Assembly: GCA_022813965.1 (NCBI GenBank)
Contig: JALDZS010000178.1
Location: forward strand, 1-48,119
Length of the DNA stretch: 48,119 bases
Reading direction: 5' to 3'
From: Toensbergia leucococca
Taxonomy: Eukaryota
Made by a program: the position numbers and the translations under genes. The notes under the pieces were generated by a model. The model was not told the DNA's origin. It searched no databases and worked only from the letters and a program-made list of their open reading frames with translations. This document shows positions 1 through 12,801 of this stretch, piece by piece; the first letter of the stretch is position 1, and each line of letters starts with the position of its first letter.

Positions 1-280
1 GCTTTTTCAAGGAGTGAGAAGGGGGATGTGAGGGGAGGAGGTGTGGGATTTCGTCAAGAGAAAAGGAGCGCGAAGGGCGGAATGGGGTGGGGAGGTGGAG
101 GGGTTGGATGTGAGGGGGAGGTGAGGGAGATGGGGGAAGGGGATAAGAGATAGGGGAAGGGGATTGGGAAGGGAGAAGAGGAAAGGGAGGCAGAGGAAAG
201 GGAGGGAGGGTAGATACAAGAGAGTGAATCAGTGCGGACTGGAGGATGGATGAAGATGGATGCGGAGAGTGGCAAGTCAT
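1..280 (-). CDS. Possible 5' part of a Pro/Ser-rich gene running off the window edge
   Basis: ATG at 280 opens a stop-free frame to base 1 (MTCHSPHPSSSILQSALIHSLVSTLPPFPLPP...). The sequence is low-complexity purine-rich, so the frame could be open by chance. Confidence 0.2.
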   Translation of the reverse strand, partial: MTCHSPHPSSSILQSALIHSLVSTLPPFPLPPFPLLPSQSPSPISYPLPPSPSPPPHIQPLHLPTPFRPSRSFSLDEIPHLLPSHPPSHSLKK

Positions 281-726
281 GCAATTTCTTTCGATGGGAG
301 AGCCGCCCGGGGATGGGAATTGAGAGGTTGTGATGTGGAAGGTGATATCGAGATATTGGTGTATAATGAACTGCCATGGATTCCGGGCTCAGATGCCCAC
401 CCCTTTTCAAGAAGCATAAAGATTGCTTGACACGATTCTGTCTCTTGGCGCAGTCTCTGTTGAGTACCTAAACTGAAAGGATCTGAGAGGTTACTTCACG
501 TGCGCCAAAAGGTAAGAAACCCTCCGTTATCCATGATAAGCATAAAGAAAATATTGAAAGACTCGCTGGAAAGGAGAAACGCGGTAAGAGCGCCAAAGCC
601 AGGTGTATATGCTGCTCAAACGACGGGTATCAATAGCGAAAGAAGCCCCCCACGCTAGAACAATCAAGAAAGAAGTATAGGGTTAAAACCCAGAGAAAAT
701 CAGCTGCATGAACGTGGCAAAAGATC

Positions 727-1745
727 TCAATCAAGCTCATGCTCAGCATCAACAGCCACGATGAGTATGAAGATAGCAAGCGTAATCTACCACCACCCGT
801 AAGCAAAGACCCAACGACTTTCAATCCCAACAGGGAAACATACCACAACAAAAGTAACGCCAACAGCCACAACCTCCCACCCCCCAACATGGATCTTGCC
901 CCTATGAATAGCATTCTGCTGGCGCCAAGCACGATGAGCGCCGAGCAACAAAACGACAGCGCCTGCGCCGATGCAAGCACAGGCCACGGGGATGCCGAGG
1001 GAGAAGAAGCCGCCGACTTTTTCGGGTTGGTTGAGGCGGAAGAGTTGGGCGAGGACGACGCCGAGGTTGGTGATTATTAGGGAGGTGCGGAGGTAGGAGA
1101 GGTAGGTGCGTTCGAGGGCTGGATTTGGGACAGACGGGAGGGGGTTAGTTTGGGGTTGGGTTATTATGGGGAGTTTTGAGGATTGGGGCTTTTTTTGTTG
1201 GGGTGAGATGGTGATGTGAGTTGGATTTATCTCGGAAAGTCTTTGTCAAGATTTAGGTTCTCTGAACATGGTGGATTTGGGCATAAGTGTACTTTTTCTA
1301 GAAATAAAGTAATGCCGCAGGAGCTTAGGAAATAAATGACACGATGGATGCTACTGCTTTTAATTTGAAAACAGATGCAAATTTGAAAGAGAATTTGAGC
1401 ATCTCGACCAGCAAAGATAATTGACCTACCATAATGATCTCTACAATACTCATGATGAGTCGTCAAGACAACTTGATGCATCCAGAAAGATTTCACCAAA
1501 GACCAAATAGTACGGCGTGGCGGTCGAGCACGCTCAGTGCCCCAATTCCCAAAGGCTTCGGAAGGGATTTTCCTCTTGAATTCGTGCAACTGGGTAGCCT
1601 CTATTGCAGGATCCTCAACATCTTCTGGAGGCTCGGATTTTATCGGAGGTTTTGGGCTGCTCTGTCGATTCTCATGGTTGGATTCTTGATCTTGGTTGCC
1701 ACTCTGGCCGCGTGCTGGTGAGACTTCAGTCCGAGTATCGGCCAT
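727..1745 (-). CDS. DUF202 (YidH-like) membrane protein, 3 exons
   Basis: Exons 1745-1430, 1118-844, 786-727 with GTAGGT..CAG and GTATGT..TAG introns. Splicing restores the DUF202 signature CRDHYALERTYLSYLRTS followed by three hydrophobic helices. Confidence 0.85.
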
Positions 1746-2326
1746 GGAAATATTGTGAACTTGAGTGTCGTTTCATTTGGAAAAAATGTTAATAATGTCG
1801 TCGTCAGGTAAATGATAGGTGGAATCCAAAATACCTATTCCGGCAATAAGTTCAAGGCAGAGGTTCAAAAAGAGGTCACCGGTCGCTCCAACTTGATATG
1901 GTCAGCTCAGATGGATCGGATGATGATGCAGATCATAAGGTATGTAGGTGGTGCAATCTAGAGACTAGACGATTGCTGTCCGCATCTCAGCTGATAAATA
2001 CAGGAATGTGTATCTGCATCCTATTGGTGACAGACTGTTGATCAGCGGCAGAATATCATAGACCAACAACAGCGACGTTGAGAGTAGACTTCTGGATTAT
2101 AAGGTACATAGCATTGGACATAAGGTACAAGAATGACGGATAATAAGAGAAAGCTATCCCCTATGGAGCATGACAGCTGACCAACGGCTTGCAGCACTTC
2201 TTTTCGATCTATGTGTCTTTCTACACTACAATGTAATATACTCTTGTTAAAGCACAGGTGAAGTAGAGCTTCCGAGAACTTCATCGGCCATCCCTTTTGA
2301 CTACATCTCTCCGCCATTTCCATCTC

Positions 2327-3449
2327 TCAAACCCTCGCAGACTGTCTAGCCTGAGCTGTCCCACGCGTCTGCACCGGCAGGATCGTCATGACCTTGGCCA
2401 TCAACGAAGCTCCATCTTCGGGGTAGTAGCTTTCGTTCCGACACGTGGATTTCATCACCTGCCCAACTACATCACCATGTCCACCATCTCTCCCCATAAC
2501 GTAGTCACCTCTAAGCATCTTGTTTACCAACTCCGACCTCTGGTCCTCTTGAATCTGCTCCGCTTCTACCTCGTTCTGTTTATCCATTACTCCACTCTCT
2601 CCTCCTAGTTCTTTCTCAAAGCCCCACTGTTGTCTAGCCTCGACAGTATTCAACCTCTGCCTGACTGTTTCGCTCATCCCAAATTCCCCAAATGCCAGAG
2701 CCGGCCCCATCCCACTCAGCGCCTCCTGAGAAACCTCCGGCACCACAAAAGCCACTGGCTTCACCGCCTTCTGCTCCTCTAGTTCTTTCATATACTCCAA
2801 CTCTGCCAGCGTGGCCTCTTCTCGCGTGTCACCCCCATCCCCTTGCCAACCTCCTTCGCCTCCTCTTCGCCGTCTTTTCTCTCCACGTCCTCTCCCACCT
2901 CTTCCTGTTCGACCTATGCCTCTCTCACTTCCCCTAGCTCCAGCACCACCTCTCATACTCGGACCGCCTCTCATATTCGGACCACCTCCACGCCCTCTAA
3001 CACCAAATCCCCCTCTCCCGGCAACATTGATTCCTCCCCTTGAATTAATAGCCGATCCAGTCGGTCTAATCGCTTCCACAGGCTTAGCAGCCAAATTACG
3101 TGCATCGACAGCCCCTAATTTTATCGAACGGAAAGCAGGAAATTGAGACTGAGTTCGGGGGCCATCGTTGGTAGAAGCCTTCATGAAGAGGTCATTGATT
3201 GCTTTGGTTGTGTTCTGAGCCCGTTCATTGCGTCTGGAGGAAGGAGTAGCTGATGAATTTGAGAGATGATGTTAGTAAGGCTAGATGGTAAAGCAGGTAG
3301 CGTGATATACCTGGAGGATCTTCGTCTACTGCTTGAGAGGTTGAGGCATGGAATTGACGATGGGAGAGGGCGATGGAGTCGGTGAGGTGGGAAGAAGATA
3401 TAGTGGATCGGCCTCTACTTATGCAGACGGCAAGATGTGGTCCGCGCAT
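2327..3449 (-). CDS. Hypothetical RGG-rich protein with predicted mitochondrial presequence, 2 exons
   Basis: Exons 3449-3311 and 3249-2327; the GTATAT..CTAAC..CAG intron joins them in frame. N-terminus is Arg/Ser-rich with RQFHAS, typical of mitochondrial presequences. Central RGG/GRG repeats. Confidence 0.75.
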
Positions 3450-3714
3450 GGCTCAATGAAACAAGGTCCAGTAACGTGTAGAGTATCCAACACCAAGCTT
3501 TTGCTGTGTTGAGATCATGAGAATCGATGAATTTAGCGGCGCCGGCGCGAAGCGAGTTCCCCAATCTTTGAGGTGCGAAGGGGCAACAGATACAACACTT
3601 CCACGCGTTAAAGGATCTTTACATTTCAACTATTTACATTCAGCTCATAAAGCAAATGTCGCAGCTGTGAAAATTCTCTTCCCCGCCCCTCATCCACTCC
3701 CCCTCAACCTAGAC

Positions 3715-3978
3715 ATGCTCCGCCGCAAACCCACCGCCATAACCCTCACCTCTGAAGATCTAACCGCCTACGAAGACTCCCGCGCCATGCGCCAGCTACA
3801 ATACGAAAACAAAAGCTTAGACGGTACCCGACAAGTCGAGACAGCTCACTCAGACGCTATGCAAGGCAATAGACAGGGGGTTGTTGATCCGAATGATGAA
3901 CTGAAGCCGTTACCGGGGGATAAGGCGAGGGTGGGGAGGAGTGGGATGAGTAGGGAGGAGAGGATTGTGGGAAGATGA
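3715..3978 (+). CDS. CDC26: Anaphase-promoting complex subunit Cdc26 family protein
   Basis: ATG 3715 gives MLRRKPTAITLTSEDL..YED, the conserved Cdc26/Hcn1 N-terminal motif; 87 aa. Divergent from the preceding gene across about 265 bp. Confidence 0.85.
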   Translation: MLRRKPTAITLTSEDLTAYEDSRAMRQLQYENKSLDGTRQVETAHSDAMQGNRQGVVDPNDELKPLPGDKARVGRSGMSREERIVGR

Positions 3979-4615
3979 CAGCAAGGTGGGGGTGAAGATT
4001 TGCAAGGGAGATGGGAGGATGATTTATTTGGTTTTGGAGATGGATTAAGAAGGAAAACATGTTGCCCGGAAATTGGTTTGCGATCCATGGGCGGAAAGAG
4101 GTTTTGGTCTCAAAGGGGAGCTATGATCAGGTGAAATGAAGCGTGAACAGGGTGTCTATTCAGAGCATCATGTTCTGCTGGAAGCGGTGGAGGCGGATGT
4201 TAGAGATATCGTGTGGAAGGCTCGTTGACCAGATGATTGGAGAAATGCTCCAAACTCCAGACACGCTCTAGTATCATAAAGAGAACTAAGTATATGGATG
4301 GCAGCGAGAAGCCTTAGTCTACAAAAGCGTGCTGGCAACAGACGTAGCCCTCTTGTTGAAGTAGACGAAATACATGATGCAGTTTTAGCAGAAGAGAAGT
4401 GAGCTACAGCATCTTTGACATATTCGAATAGTCTGAAGGGTCAAGTAATATCAGAGATAGTGACCACACATGGAAACTTCGAACCCTAATAGAACGTTGT
4501 TGAAGTTACTTCTTGAAGACAGCCACCCGACGGAGAGTCAGAGGAGCTGGCCATCCTACCTTATCTTTTTGAATTAAGTATATAAATTTTATAAGCATAT
4601 TATGAAAATCAATCA

Positions 4616-4707
4616 GTTCTGCTGGCGCAATGGTAGCGCGCCAGACTTCTATCAATAATTAACCTGATGGTATCTGGAGGTTGCGGGTTCGAGTCCCACG
4701 CAGAATG
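4616..4707 (+). tRNA. trnR-UCU: tRNA-Arg(TCT) with 20-nt intron
   Basis: Acceptor stem GTTCTGC/GCAGAAT, D arm GCGC-AATGGTA-GCGC, anticodon stem CCAGA/TCTGG, anticodon TCT at 4648-4650, intron 4652-4671, T loop TTCGAGT, and a TTTTT Pol III terminator immediately downstream. Confidence 0.92.
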
Positions 4708-5030
4708 CTTTTTCGTTTTGCCAGCACGACTTAGGATTCTATTTCCTTTTTGATCTCGCTTTTTGATATGGCGCTGGTGAGATAAGGATTACTGTGGTTT
4801 TTGCAGGAAGAAAGGGCAGATTTAGAGACGAATTCGCTTAGATTACACTTCTGACACCTTGGGACGAGGGGGAGTGCAGCATTTTCAATAATGACACAGC
4901 GAGGTACTTTAAATCTAAAGGTCACTTCAGCGGATTGTGCTTGGTAGATAAGTCAACGTTCTCGAATCAACACTTGCGTCTGAGAGGGTATCGAAATTTT
5001 GCGGCGGGTGTGTTTTCTGGGAGAGAGATC

Positions 5031-6310
5031 ATGCAATTGTTCTTTGGGCCAAATGAGACCTACTTCTTCAACGATGGCAAGGGGAATTTCAAATGGTAAT
5101 CATTTTATATTCTATTTACTGTATTCAGCCGCTATATCACAAAGCTGACGGCCGCTGCCTTTCAACTTCGAAAGGCGGGTATCGCAGGCCTTTACCGATT
5201 ACATGAAGTCTATCAAGATAGCTGCTGTACACAATGTAGCTCTTGGAGAGAATGGCACATTCCTGATCAGCTACAAGAACACCCTATCCCAAAATTTGAA
5301 CTGTACTTACCTTACCTTAACCTCTATCTTATTCTACTAAGGTAGTACAGAAAGATGGTACTAATACTCACCCCCAGATTGGCACTCTCCGCAGGACGAT
5401 TATCCAAAACTCAAATCCTGGCTATTCAACGAAGACCTTGCACATGACCGTGTCAGCTTGTCTGTGAGCCTTGGACAGAACGGAAGTTTCTTTGCAGTGG
5501 ATAATCAAGGTCATCGATGGCGTAACATCCCCGAGAGCTGCTGCGATTATTATCAGAAATATACTCGCGCGGATCTATTCGCCAAGTCACGCATAAACTC
5601 GGTGGATATTGGCCATAATGGCTCATATCTAGGTATCGGTGTGGATAACCGCTGGTTTTGGAATCTGGGAAATGAGTATCCTGCATTGTCCTTGATGGTT
5701 CAGCAGAAGGGCATTACTAGTTGCGTAAGATTGCTTTTTTATTTATCCAGCTTGGCCATAGATTCTTTGATCTTAGAGGACTTCTCCACTACAGCTGTAA
5801 GTCGGTGTGCTGATTTGCCTTCTTCGTTGTCTCAAGACCTTTGTGACCATCAACCCATTTGCTTCGAATCAACATTTCGCCGTCTTCGCCGATGGTACAG
5901 CACATTGGTCTTTACCTCCAGCTTGGGTTTCGGATATGCAAGCTCTTTTCCAGAAGTATGCGAACGAGACGAACACGCAAACCACATCCGTGGGCCAGAC
6001 TGCGCAATACTTCCCGTCTCAGCAGCGACCATCTCTCTCCAACAGAATGTTTCACCGACCATCTTCCAATACCAGCTTTACACAACCGCAAGCAACGTCG
6101 CCGCAGATGGTTTCATCTCCGGGAGGCTCATCGCTTGATTTTAATCAGGCAATGCAGGTCGCACAAAGCTCGTTGGACGCGATCAACAATACCGAGGGCA
6201 CTATCAACAATGGTGCACAGCTCATGAATGGACTTGCGAGCAATGGGCTTATGGTCGGCCAGATGATGAGTCAAGCTAATAACACGATGGCGGGTTGTCA
6301 GGTTATGTGA
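5031..6310 (+). CDS. Uncharacterised protein with repeated (L/F)GxNGS(F/Y) motifs, about 4 exons
   Basis: ATG 5031 (MQLFFGPNETYFF). Spliced exons give ALGENGTFL, SLGQNGSFF, DIGHNGSYL and TINPFASNQHF repeats, then a Gln/Ser/Met-rich tail ending at TGA 6310. Introns are canonical GT..AG. Confidence 0.7.
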
Positions 6311-7616
6311 ATTTGATGAGGGATTTTGGAGATATTTGGCATGGCTGGCTTGAATGTGCTCGTACAGCTAACGTAAGTATGGGACATGGGATGCAAAAGT
6401 CTTACATGGAAGGCTCATAAAATGAAATATGGCGTCCTACTCGTCTTTTTGCTTTATATATTTTGACTGATGAATATTCTAGGACAGAATTGGCTGAACT
6501 GGGTAGAAAGACGATTAAAATACGATTTTCCTTTGGGACAAAGAAAATGTTGAGTTTGTCGCCACTGCGGTGTCTCACATTTACGGAATAGTAATTCAGA
6601 TTTCGTACTCCATAAACACGAATTCTAAGTAAAGGATCATTCAATCACCACACAGGTGGCAACCACAATTGACAATCACAAATACCTGATGATTTGGGAT
6701 GGCTTTTTGGATCTTGTGATTGTAAGAAGTAGAATAGATGCTAAACGATGTCATTAAATCCCCCGATTGCTACGGGCAACCAAGAGAAGGATTTAGGTAA
6801 GCCAACTGAGGCTTGAATGATCGACCAAGGATCCTGGTCATGGTAACCAATCATATCTGCACACCCATGCGTAGATTACATGATACCTTAGTCGTACAGA
6901 ATATCTATTCTAATCTAGTGCATCTGGCCCCTGTCTGTTGTGACAGGAGAGAGGCACAAATGTCGAAACATGCACACTCTTTCTCTGCACCCAGTCACAA
7001 CACATCTTCCATTCGTTCTTGTATCCATTTTACCCTTGGCTTCACTCGCTTTGGTGGAGGGTCTTTTCAACACTATAATTACTCTATTTTATCCTGGCAG
7101 CATCTATACTATCCCTTTTGTCTCCTGCTCCTGATTCGTTGTTTTCGGCACCTCCTACCGATTGTTGTGATTGACCAGATTCCTCTTGTTACTGGACTGC
7201 TTACGATAACCTCACCCTGCATAAGGCCTTCCATTCGTTTATCCCTATCCCAGAGCCGAAGAACCCTTGAACCACGTTCTCTATCGACATCAGGCTGCCC
7301 TTCGTGCCAACGCGAAGCGACAAAACCCTCATCAAGTGTCCTTTGGATTTGATAGCCCACCGGTGTACTCCTGGTCGCTGAGGGGAACGAAGAGCCTGTC
7401 TTGCCGTTTGCCTTCGTGACTTGCCAAGTGCTGAGTTGAGGTCCTACAACGTCTCGGAGCTGGGGCAATTGTTTGGGCGGGGTTTGTCGATACGTAGACT
7501 CAGCAAAAAGAAGAGTCAGGATCAGCTCCCCACGTAGTAGTGTAAATATATACATTCATTCCACGTCATTTGCTCAGGTGGAATGTTGCTAATTTCCTTT
7601 GCAAAAACACAGCATT

Positions 7617-10600
7617 ATGTCTAGACCAAACCCCTCATCTCCCAAGCGAGAGCAAAGGTCCCATCAGTATCCTAGCTCTCCGTCAAGACGCGCTCGCCCT
7701 CGGGACATGGAAACTGGGGCATATCTTGATGCACCTCGTACTCCATCACGAAAGCCCAAACAAGAAGCATACATACAGGCAGCACCGTCACCCGGGACAC
7801 CCGCGGGGGAGGCGGATCCTATAATGGCAACGTACGATGGTTCGAACGATCTCGGTCGAAAGCGGAGTCTCATTCGACCGGAGCGCAATCGAATAGATCG
7901 AGATCACCCCAATTACCATTATCGCCAGCATGCTCAAAACATGACTGTATACCCGTCAACCACAGGCAATGACCCGATAATTGAAGAGCATGGAGAGGTT
8001 GAGACCTTGGTTCCTGACGAGACAGACAGAAGAAGTCTGAATAGAGTGGACCAGGCGGGCCCGGGAGGTATGGCTTATTCAGATAGCTCGCCTTCTCGCG
8101 GACCGACTCCCGATGCTGGTGCTACGATCCAAGGAAAGAATCACAAACGATTGACCCGGAAGTTGGCACGGAAAGGAAAGCCTATCATCAGTGAGGAAGA
8201 GAAACAACGGCAGAAGGCTCAAGACTTTGTAAAACCGCCAAGTTTCTGGAATGTCTATTGCGCTATAATCACCTTCTGGTGCCCAGGAGCTGTTCTCTCA
8301 TGCTTCGGTAAACCTGCTAAAGCACAACAACGAGCATGGAGGGAGAAGATGGGCCTCATCAGCATCATTCTGCTAATCTGTGCATTCGTTGGGTTTTTGA
8401 CCTTTGGCTTCACAGAAGCTGTTTGTGGGCAACCGGGACTTCGACTGAATATTAATCACGTCACTGGAGGGTATATGATATTTCATGGGAGTGCATACAG
8501 TTTCGTAGGCTCTGTGCACCCACCTGCCATTGGTATACCAGAGGGATCAAACATCTTGTATGATCTCCCGCATCATTATGGAGGGCAGTACGGAAGTTTC
8601 TTCTTCCAAAATGTCAATGGTGCTTGCAAAGATCTCATCACCTTGGCACCCGGATCCGATGTTCCTACCAATGCAAATGGTGATTTGGCGTGGTATTTCC
8701 CATGCACTGCTTTTAATCAAGATGGATCGAGTAAGCCCAACTTCACAGAATCTTATTATCCTGGCTATGCTTGCCATACTACTCAGACTGGAAGAGACGC
8801 TTTCTACAGCTTGAACAGCGCTGGAGCCGTTTATTTCACGTGGGATGATATCAAGAACTCAAGTCGAAATCTGATGGTTTACTCAGGAAATGTATTGGAT
8901 CTGGATCTGCTCCTATGGTTTAATACTTCTCAGGTTTCTTACCCTGCCCAGTTTGATGATTTAAGAACCAATCCTGCTACCAAAGGCGTGGATGTAACGC
9001 ACGCGTTTCAGTCTGGTCCCCAGAAGCGATTAGGTCAATGTTTGTCTGAAATCATCCGCGTTGGATCTATCGATACCGAGACTGTTGGCTGTATTGCATC
9101 AAAGGTCGTCCTCTATGTGTCACTGGTCTTCATCCTGTCTATCGTCCTAGTCAAATTTTTCCTTGCTCTGACTTTTCAATGGTTCTTCAGTCGCCGTTTC
9201 GCGGCTTCAAAGACTTCATATGGCGGCGACTCCAAGAAAAGAAACAAGCAAATAGAAGATTGGAGCGATGACATCTATCGCGCTCCCCCGAAACTGACGG
9301 ATCCTGCCATGGCCATGTCAGATAAATCCAGCCGGCGAGGGAGCGCTTTTCTTCCCACGACATCTAGATTCACTAGTCCATATGCTATCGAGCGACCCTC
9401 CACTAAAAGCCGGCCTCCACCAACCACCATGGCAAGTCAAAGTTCTGCGGCGAAACTCATGCAACCTGGATCTATGTACAAACAGACCAACGGTAGTGAA
9501 GGTACACTCCCATCATTTGATCCTAGTTGGAGGCAGAGCACTGGTGGAAGTCGGTCCAGCTTAATGTTGTCCGGCCAAGATCCAAGATATTCGAGCGTCA
9601 TGAGCGAGGTCGAAGGAGCAGGGCCTGCAGGATTTATACATGAAGCAGTGGTTCCGCAACCGCCTCCAGATTGGCAACCGTTTGGTTACCCTCTAGCACA
9701 TGCTATTTGCCTGGTCACGGCTTATTCAGAAGGTGAAGAGGGTCTTCGAACCACACTTGACTCGATTGCCACGACAGAGTATCCTAATAGTCACAAAGTG
9801 ATTCTGGTAGTCTGCGATGGTATGATTAAAGGACATGGAGAGGATCTCACGACTCCAGACATCGTTCTAGGGATGATGAGAGATCATGCTATCCTACCCG
9901 ATGAAGTCCAGGCTTTCTCCTATGTAGCAGTGGCAAGTGGTTCCAAGCGACACAACATGGCCAAGGTCTACGCTGGGTTTTATGATTACGGGGAGAACTC
10001 GGCCATTTCTCTAGATAAACAGCAGCGAGTCCCAATGATGGCCGTCGTCAAGTGTGGTACTCCAGACGAAGCAAAGAAAAGCAAGCCAGGTAATCGTGGA
10101 AAACGGGATAGCCAGATCATCCTCATGTCCTTTTTGCAAAAGGTCATGTTTGACGAGCGCATGACGGAGCTGGAATTCGAGGTGTTCAACGGCATGTGGA
10201 AGATTACCGGCATTTCACCTGATTTCTACGAGATTGTGTTGATGGTTGACGCCGACACCAAAGTATTCCCTGACAGCCTGACGCACATGGTTTCAGCAAT
10301 GGTGAAGGATCCGGAGATCATGGGTTTGTGTGGAGAGACCAAGATTTCCAACAAGCGGCAGACATGGGTCACGATGATTCAGGTTTTCGAGTGAGTTTCC
10401 CTGAATAGAAATAAAAACGACCTATCCCTAACGAGAGTAGGTACTTCATCTCTCATCATCTGTCCAAATCATTTGAGTCGGTTTTTGGCGGCGTGACGTG
10501 TTTGCCGGGATGCTTCAGCATGTATCGGATCAAAGCTCCCAAAGGTGGGCAAAATTATTGGGTGCCAATCCTAGCCAATCCGGATGTTGTTGAGCATTAC

Positions 10601-11413
10601 TCGGAAAATGTGGTGGATACGCTGCACAAGAAGAATCTACTCCTTCTAGGTGAAGATCGTTATCTATCCACGTTGATGCTAAAGACGTTCCCCAAACGAA
10701 AGCAAGTCTTTGTTCCACAAGCGGTATGTAAGACGACGGTACCCGAACAATTCTCCGTGTTGCTTTCGCAGCGAAGACGATGGATCAACAGTACGGTTCA
10801 CAATCTGATGGAGCTTGTGCTTGTGCGCGATCTCTGCGGGACCTTTTGCTTCAGTATGCAGTTTGTCGTCTTCATCGAGCTTGTTGGTACGCTGGTTCTC
10901 CCGGCTGCCATTACCTTCACATTCTACTTGATCATCATCTCGATTGTCAGGAAACCGGTGCCAGTGATTCCATTGGTCCTCTTGGCTCTCATCCTCGGTC
11001 TACCGGCAGTACTCATCGTGTTGACAGCTCACCGATGGTCATACGTCTTGTGGATGCTCATCTACCTACTTTCTCTTCCGATCTGGAATCTGGTCCTTCC
11101 ATCGTATGCGTACTGGAAGTTTGACGATTTCAGCTGGGGCGAGACGAGGAAGACGGCAGGAGAGAAGACGAAGAAGGCTGGACTCGAGTACGAGGGTGAA
11201 TTTGACAGCAGCAAAATCACGATGAAAAGGTGGGGTGATTTTGAGAAAGGTATGCATTTCCGGTGCAAGGGTTCGGATGATTGGTCAGGGTATGCTAATG
11301 GTATGATAGAACGTCGGTCAAAAGGCCCGACTTCGGGGTGGTCCCAACAATCGACGACAGCAGGTGGCTGGCAGTCACAGCATCCAGGCTACGAGAAAGG
11401 GGCGGATTTGTGA
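7617..11413 (+). CDS. chsD: Chitin synthase, class IV (ChsD/Chs4 type; yeast Chs3-like)
   Basis: Motifs [28 protein letters not shown] and QRRRW; class IV N-terminus ([23 protein letters not shown]); no myosin motor. Introns 10391-10440 and probably about 11250-11309. A branch point and CAG just before the ATG suggest a 5'-UTR intron. Confidence 0.95.
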
Positions 11414-11783
11414 GTGGGTGTGTCGGATAGATTACGAAAGATTATGGCTGTCTCTGTACAGGTAGATTGGGATGATCTTGGGTTAGCTGAATGCATCGAT
11501 GGCGTTGGTTGGGTGGCTTCTGCTCTGTGGTGGCTGTGTATGGATAGGGTTCCTTTTGCTCGTTCTGGATGTGGCAGTTTCTTTGTACATAGGAACTTGT
11601 ATCACCATGACTACTGTACTAATGCACTTGATGAGCATACGTGTGCATCAAATTCTAGATTCTAGTTTCTAGTTGTGCCTGCATGATGCCCTGCATGTTC
11701 CAGGTATGGTTCGTCGTTTGGTAAGCGAGGAGAGTGATCTGTCAGTCAAATACAGGTTGGAGATATGAGTTTATATCCGTAAA

Positions 11784-11864
11784 TGATAGATGATAGATGA
11801 CAGATGACAGATGATAGATGATAGATGATAGATGATAGATGACAGATGATAGATGATAGATGAT
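11784..11864. repeat. Heptanucleotide tandem repeat (TGATAGA/TGACAGA), about 11 units
   Basis: Directly visible tandem array between chsD and the WD40 gene. Confidence 0.9.
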
Positions 11865-12801
11865 TCATATCCAACGCACAATAGATAAAGCGCATCTTCA
11901 CATGTCATGACTGGCCTGCCGAATGCTGAGATGAATTCAATTTAAAATGTTTCTAGGAGGGTCATTATTGACGCCATTGCCACACCTCCCCGAACTCAAT
12001 ATCTTTTCATGTGTTCCCATTTACCATTTACCATTTACCTTGGTCGTACTTTTTCCTTTTCTCTTTTCTTCCTTTTTTATTATTTCTTTTTTCTTTTCTT
12101 TCCTCCTACCATCTCCGAGGATCATCCTGTTAGCACTTCTACGTCGCTGTAAGAATGCTTCAGATAACAAATTAGCTTGAATGCCAAGTGTAGGTATGCA
12201 GATGAAGGGGGACGAAGTTGCCCACTCTTGATATTGATGCATAAGCCATCAGTTTCAGTTGTGACCGCCACCGCACCACAACGGAGGTAATCATCCATCA
12301 TATTCGTTCACATTTCAATCCCAATGACCTAGGCAGACACTGTCGCCCACGACGTATAGCAGAACTTCACCGAGAGTGAAGCAAAATCCAAGGAATCGGA
12401 ATCATTGGAAGGCCTACGAAGGACCTGTCTATGACTACAGCAGAGATGAACAGTATGGAGAATGACCGGCCAATGAAATCCTACTGATCCATCGCAAAAA
12501 CTATTACATCCAATTACCTCCAATTACCTCCCCTCGTCGGCCCTCTCACCAAAAACGCCACCAAGAGCCAATAAGAAGGCCAGACCACGTCGTAGCTTCG
12601 TAGCCTCATTAGCAGCACCCAACACCCAATACCCAATCTTCATTCTTCATCTATACTGCAAGTCAGTGTGTCATACTTCGGTGAGCGCCTCATTCACATT
12701 TCAAAATTAAGACTTCCCAACTCCATCTTACCATATCAACCCACTCCTCCGCCTCGACCTCATTGCTGTCCAATACTCCACTACCATTAAAGCCTTCGAA
12801 T

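Noticed and set aside
3517..3714. Extended N-terminus of the 153-aa ORF
   Set aside because: The Cdc26 motif MLRR is N-terminal in this family, so the true start is 3715; the upstream part lies in the divergent promoter.
6813..7555. 179-aa and 148-aa ORFs upstream of chitin synthase
   Set aside because: Non-ATG or unconvincing starts and no domain features; more likely promoter and long 5' leader of chsD.
11784..11864. Tandem arrays as CRISPR-like loci
   Set aside because: No unique spacers and a eukaryotic context; simple satellites.
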